Positions 29,220 through 32,301 of a stretch of DNA of 32,301 nt are shown here, one piece after another (within the stretch, counting starts at the first letter, position 1; each line of letters starts with the position of its first letter). The translations under genes and the position numbers were made by a program. Source of the DNA: Lactobacillus johnsonii (GTDB taxonomy: Bacteria; Bacillota; Bacilli; Lactobacillales; Lactobacillaceae); the NCBI GenBank assembly GCA_048407585.1, contig DBFNNF010000264.1:1-32301 (forward strand). The letters run 5' to 3'. The notes beneath the pieces were generated by a model. That model had not been told where the DNA came from. It saw nothing but the letters and a program-made list of their open reading frames with translations, and made no database searches.

Positions 29220-30842
29220 ATGACAAAGTATATTTTTGTGACTGGTGGAGTTGTTTCATCACTAGGTAAGGGGATTTCAGCTTCAAGTTTAGGACGTTTA
29301 CTTAAAAATCGTGGCTTAAAAGTTACCATGCAAAAGTTTGATCCTTACATTAATATCGATCCAGGTACAATGAATCCATATCAACATGGGGAAGTTTATG
29401 TTACCGATGACGGTACAGAAGCTGACCTTGACTTGGGTCACTATGAAAGAATTGTTGATGTTAGAACAAGTAAATATTCTAATGTTACTACTGGTAAAAT
29501 TTATCAAGAAGTGCTTGATAAAGAACGTCGCGGTGACTATCATGGTGCAACTGTGCAAGTAATTCCGCATATTACGGACATGATTAAGAAAAAAATCATG
29601 CGTGCTGCCTTAACAACTGATTCAGATGTCATTATTTCTGAAATTGGTGGTACCGTAGGTGATATCGAGTCTACTCCATTTATGGAAGCAATTCGCCAAA
29701 TGCGTCGTGAAGTTGGAGAAGAAAATGTAATGTATATTCACTGTACATTAGTACCTTATCTTCATGCCGCTCACGAAATGAAAACTAAGCCAACACAACA
29801 TTCAGTTGCTGAACTTAGAAGTATTGGTATTCAACCAAATATGCTTGTTTTAAGAGCTGAGAAACCAATTGCTCAAGAGTTAAAAAATAAGATTTCTACC
29901 TTTACTGATGTTCCAGTAGACCGCATTATTGAATCTATTGATGCTCCTTCACTTTTTGATTTACCACTTGCTTTTCAAGCTCAAGGTATGGATCAAAAGG
30001 TTTGCGACTTTTTACACTTGGAGAGTCCAAAGCCAGAAGCAGATATGGAAGCTTGGAAGAAATTAGATGAACGTGCAAAGAACTTAAAGAACGAAACTAC
30101 TATTACCTTAGTAGGTAAGTATGTAGAACTTGAAGATGCATATATTTCTGTTACTGATGCATTGCAACACGCTGGCTACTTATATGACACTAAAATTAAG
30201 GTAAATAAGATTCAAGCAGAAGACATTACTGAAGACAATATTGCAGAAATTATGAAGGATTCAGATGGATTAATTGTACCTGGTGGTTTTGGTACACGTG
30301 GTCTTGAAGGTATGATTACTTCAATTAAATATGCCCGTGAACACGATATCCCATTTTTAGGAATTTGCTTAGGTATGCAAATGGCAAGCGTTGAATTTGC
30401 CAGAAATGTACTTGGCTTAAAAGATGCTAATAGTGCAGAAGCTAATCCAGACACTAAGAATAATATTATTGATATTATGGCTGACAAGCGTGATGAAGAG
30501 AATATTGGTGGTACGCTTCGTTTAGGTCTATACCCAGCAACTTTAAAGAAGGGTACTAAGACACGTGAAGCATATGATGACCAAGATGTAATTCAAGAAA
30601 GACACCGTCACCGTTATGAATTCAATAATGAATATCGTGAAGCATTTGAAAAGGCAGGCATGGTCTTCTCTGGTGTTTCTCCAGATAATCATTTAGTAGA
30701 AATTATTGAAATTCCAAATAAAAAATTCTTTATCGCAGCTCAATATCATCCAGAATTTTTAAGTCGTCCACAAAGACCAGAAGGATTATTTAAAGCATTT
30801 ATTGGTGCAGCAAGTGGTCTTCCAGCACAACATTTTAACTAG
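29220..30842 (+). CDS. pyrG: CTP synthase
   Basis: [51 protein letters not shown]. Start placed at MTKY. Confidence 0.99.
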   Translation: MTKYIFVTGGVVSSLGKGISASSLGRLLKNRGLKVTMQKFDPYINIDPGTMNPYQHGEVYVTDDGTEADLDLGHYERIVDVRTSKYSNVTTGKIYQEVLDKERRGDYHGATVQVIPHITDMIKKKIMRAALTTDSDVIISEIGGTVGDIESTPFMEAIRQMRREVGEENVMYIHCTLVPYLHAAHEMKTKPTQHSVAELRSIGIQPNMLVLRAEKPIAQELKNKISTFTDVPVDRIIESIDAPSLFDLPLAFQAQGMDQKVCDFLHLESPKPEADMEAWKKLDERAKNLKNETTITLVGKYVELEDAYISVTDALQHAGYLYDTKIKVNKIQAEDITEDNIAEIMKDSDGLIVPGGFGTRGLEGMITSIKYAREHDIPFLGICLGMQMASVEFARNVLGLKDANSAEANPDTKNNIIDIMADKRDEENIGGTLRLGLYPATLKKGTKTREAYDDQDVIQERHRHRYEFNNEYREAFEKAGMVFSGVSPDNHLVEIIEIPNKKFFIAAQYHPEFLSRPQRPEGLFKAFIGAASGLPAQHFN

Positions 30843-30864
30843 ACTTTAAAAATTAAATTTCGGT

Positions 30865-30904
30865 AACAAGAGAGCCATAATCCTCGGCTTCTCTTGTTTT
30901 TTTT
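30865..30904 (+). terminator. Intrinsic terminator after pyrG
   Basis: AACAAGAGAGCC...GGCTTCTCTTGTT (one bulge) followed by a long T-run. Confidence 0.8.
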
Positions 30905-30973
30905 GCGTTTTTCATTTAATATATTTTGTGATACATTTGGGTATTACAAATAGAGAAAAGGATTGTTTCCCCA

Positions 30974-32239
30974 ATGAAACAGATGATTATTCATGGTGGA
31001 AAGCCCCTGAAGGGCGACGTATGGATCGGCGGTGCTAAGAATTCCACTGTAGCATTGATTCCAGCGTCAATACTTTCGCGGACTCCTGTTACCCTAGAAG
31101 GGGTTCCGCGAATTGCTGATGTAGATAATTTGATGGATCTACTTAGTGAAATGGATGTAAAGTGTGATTTTCATGAAACTACTTTACGAATAAATCCGGA
31201 TGACATTAAGCGTAGTCCCCTTCCAGCAGGAAAGATTAAGAGCTTGAGAGCTTCTTACTACTTTATGGGTGCATTATTAGGTCGCTTTGGTAAAGCTGTG
31301 GTGGGCTTTCCAGGCGGAGATGATATTGGCCCTCGTCCTATTGATCAGCATATTAAAGGCTTTGAAGCATTAGGTGCAACTGTTGAGAATGAAAACGATC
31401 AAATTATCATTACAGCTCCTAAAACTGGGCTTCGTGGTGCAAAAATTCATTTAAAGATGCCTTCTGTAGGCGCAACAATGAATATAATTATGGCTAGCGT
31501 AATGGCAAAGGGCCAAACTATTATTGAAAATGCGGCTAAGGAACCAGAAATTATTGATTTAGCTACATTTTTGAATAATATGGGCGCTGTTATTCGTGGT
31601 GCAGGTACTGAAGTGATTCGAATTGAAGGAGTAGAGGAATTAAAAGCACAAACTCCTCATACTATTATTCCTGATCGAATTGAAGCTGGAACGTATGTGG
31701 CTCTAGCTGCTTGCATCGGAAATGGTATTAGAATTCATAATATTATCGAAGAACACCTAGATTCTTACTTGGCTAAAGTAGAAGAAATGGGTGTAGTAAT
31801 TGATGCGGATGAAGATTCACTTTATGTTTATCCAGCAGGTGACTTGAAAATGATTCAAGTTAGAACTGACGTATATCCTGGATTTGCGACTGATTTACAG
31901 CAGCCAATTACTCCACTTCTTCTAACAGCTAAGAGCGGTGAAGGCGTAGTAATTGATCAAATATATCCTAAGCGTGTTGGTCATATTCCTGAACTTCAGA
32001 AGATGGGTGCTAATATTCAAGTAGAAGATAATATTATCTTAGTTCATCCAACTCATCATTTGCATGGAGCACATGTTAGTGCTGGTGAAATTAGAGCAGG
32101 AGCTTGTTTGATGCTTGCTGGCTTAATGGCAGATGGTGAAACTATCATTTCAAATGCAGGAAACATTTTGCGTGGCTATGATAGAATTGAACAAAAGTTG
32201 CGTCAACTAGGTGCAGAGGTATCTGTGATTGATGTCTAA
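30974..32239 (+). CDS. murA: UDP-N-acetylglucosamine 1-carboxyvinyltransferase (Asp variant)
   Basis: GAKNS, LRASYY.MG.LL, PGGDDIG.RPIDQH, NAA.EPEI, PDRIEAGT, YPGFATDLQQP, RGY. Confidence 0.97.
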   Translation: MKQMIIHGGKPLKGDVWIGGAKNSTVALIPASILSRTPVTLEGVPRIADVDNLMDLLSEMDVKCDFHETTLRINPDDIKRSPLPAGKIKSLRASYYFMGALLGRFGKAVVGFPGGDDIGPRPIDQHIKGFEALGATVENENDQIIITAPKTGLRGAKIHLKMPSVGATMNIIMASVMAKGQTIIENAAKEPEIIDLATFLNNMGAVIRGAGTEVIRIEGVEELKAQTPHTIIPDRIEAGTYVALAACIGNGIRIHNIIEEHLDSYLAKVEEMGVVIDADEDSLYVYPAGDLKMIQVRTDVYPGFATDLQQPITPLLLTAKSGEGVVIDQIYPKRVGHIPELQKMGANIQVEDNIILVHPTHHLHGAHVSAGEIRAGACLMLAGLMADGETIISNAGNILRGYDRIEQKLRQLGAEVSVIDV

Positions 32240-32254
32240 TTAAAATAGAACATT

Positions 32255-32287
32255 AAAAAAGGGCTTGGAATCTCCAAGTCCTTTTTT
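32255..32287 (+). terminator. Intrinsic terminator after murA
   Basis: AAAAAAGGGCTTGGA-atc-TCCAAGTCCTTTTTT. Confidence 0.85.
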
Positions 32288-32301
32288 ATTGGTTTTAAGA
32301 A

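Overview
Low-GC Firmicute chromosomal segment, most consistent with the Lactobacillus johnsonii/gasseri group (inferred from gene content and order). Left to right: the 3' end of a membrane-protein gene, an isolated tRNA-Gly(CCC), a SRAP/HMCES-family gene divergent from trpS-comEB-like deaminase-TPM-like gene, and an M-box (ykoK, Mg2+) riboswitch. The riboswitch controls an intact ORF encoding only the N-terminal part of an MgtA-like P-type ATPase, with its catalytic motifs altered. Then come the conserved metG-tatD-rnmV-rsmA-veg-purR-glmU-prs block and a complete maltose/maltodextrin/isomalto-oligosaccharide locus (LacI regulator, three GH13 enzymes, GH65 maltose phosphorylase, beta-PGM, ABC transporter) with two identical operator plus cre modules. 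The window ends with an HD dNTPase-like gene, DUF1934-like gene, rpoE (delta), pyrG with its attenuator, and a Cys-to-Asp murA. No CRISPR array, IS, integrase or prophage is visible. Most of the window is housekeeping or known catabolism. The best candidate for something undescribed is the Mg2+-riboswitch-controlled pseudo-ATPase; several non-coding architectures also deserve a look.
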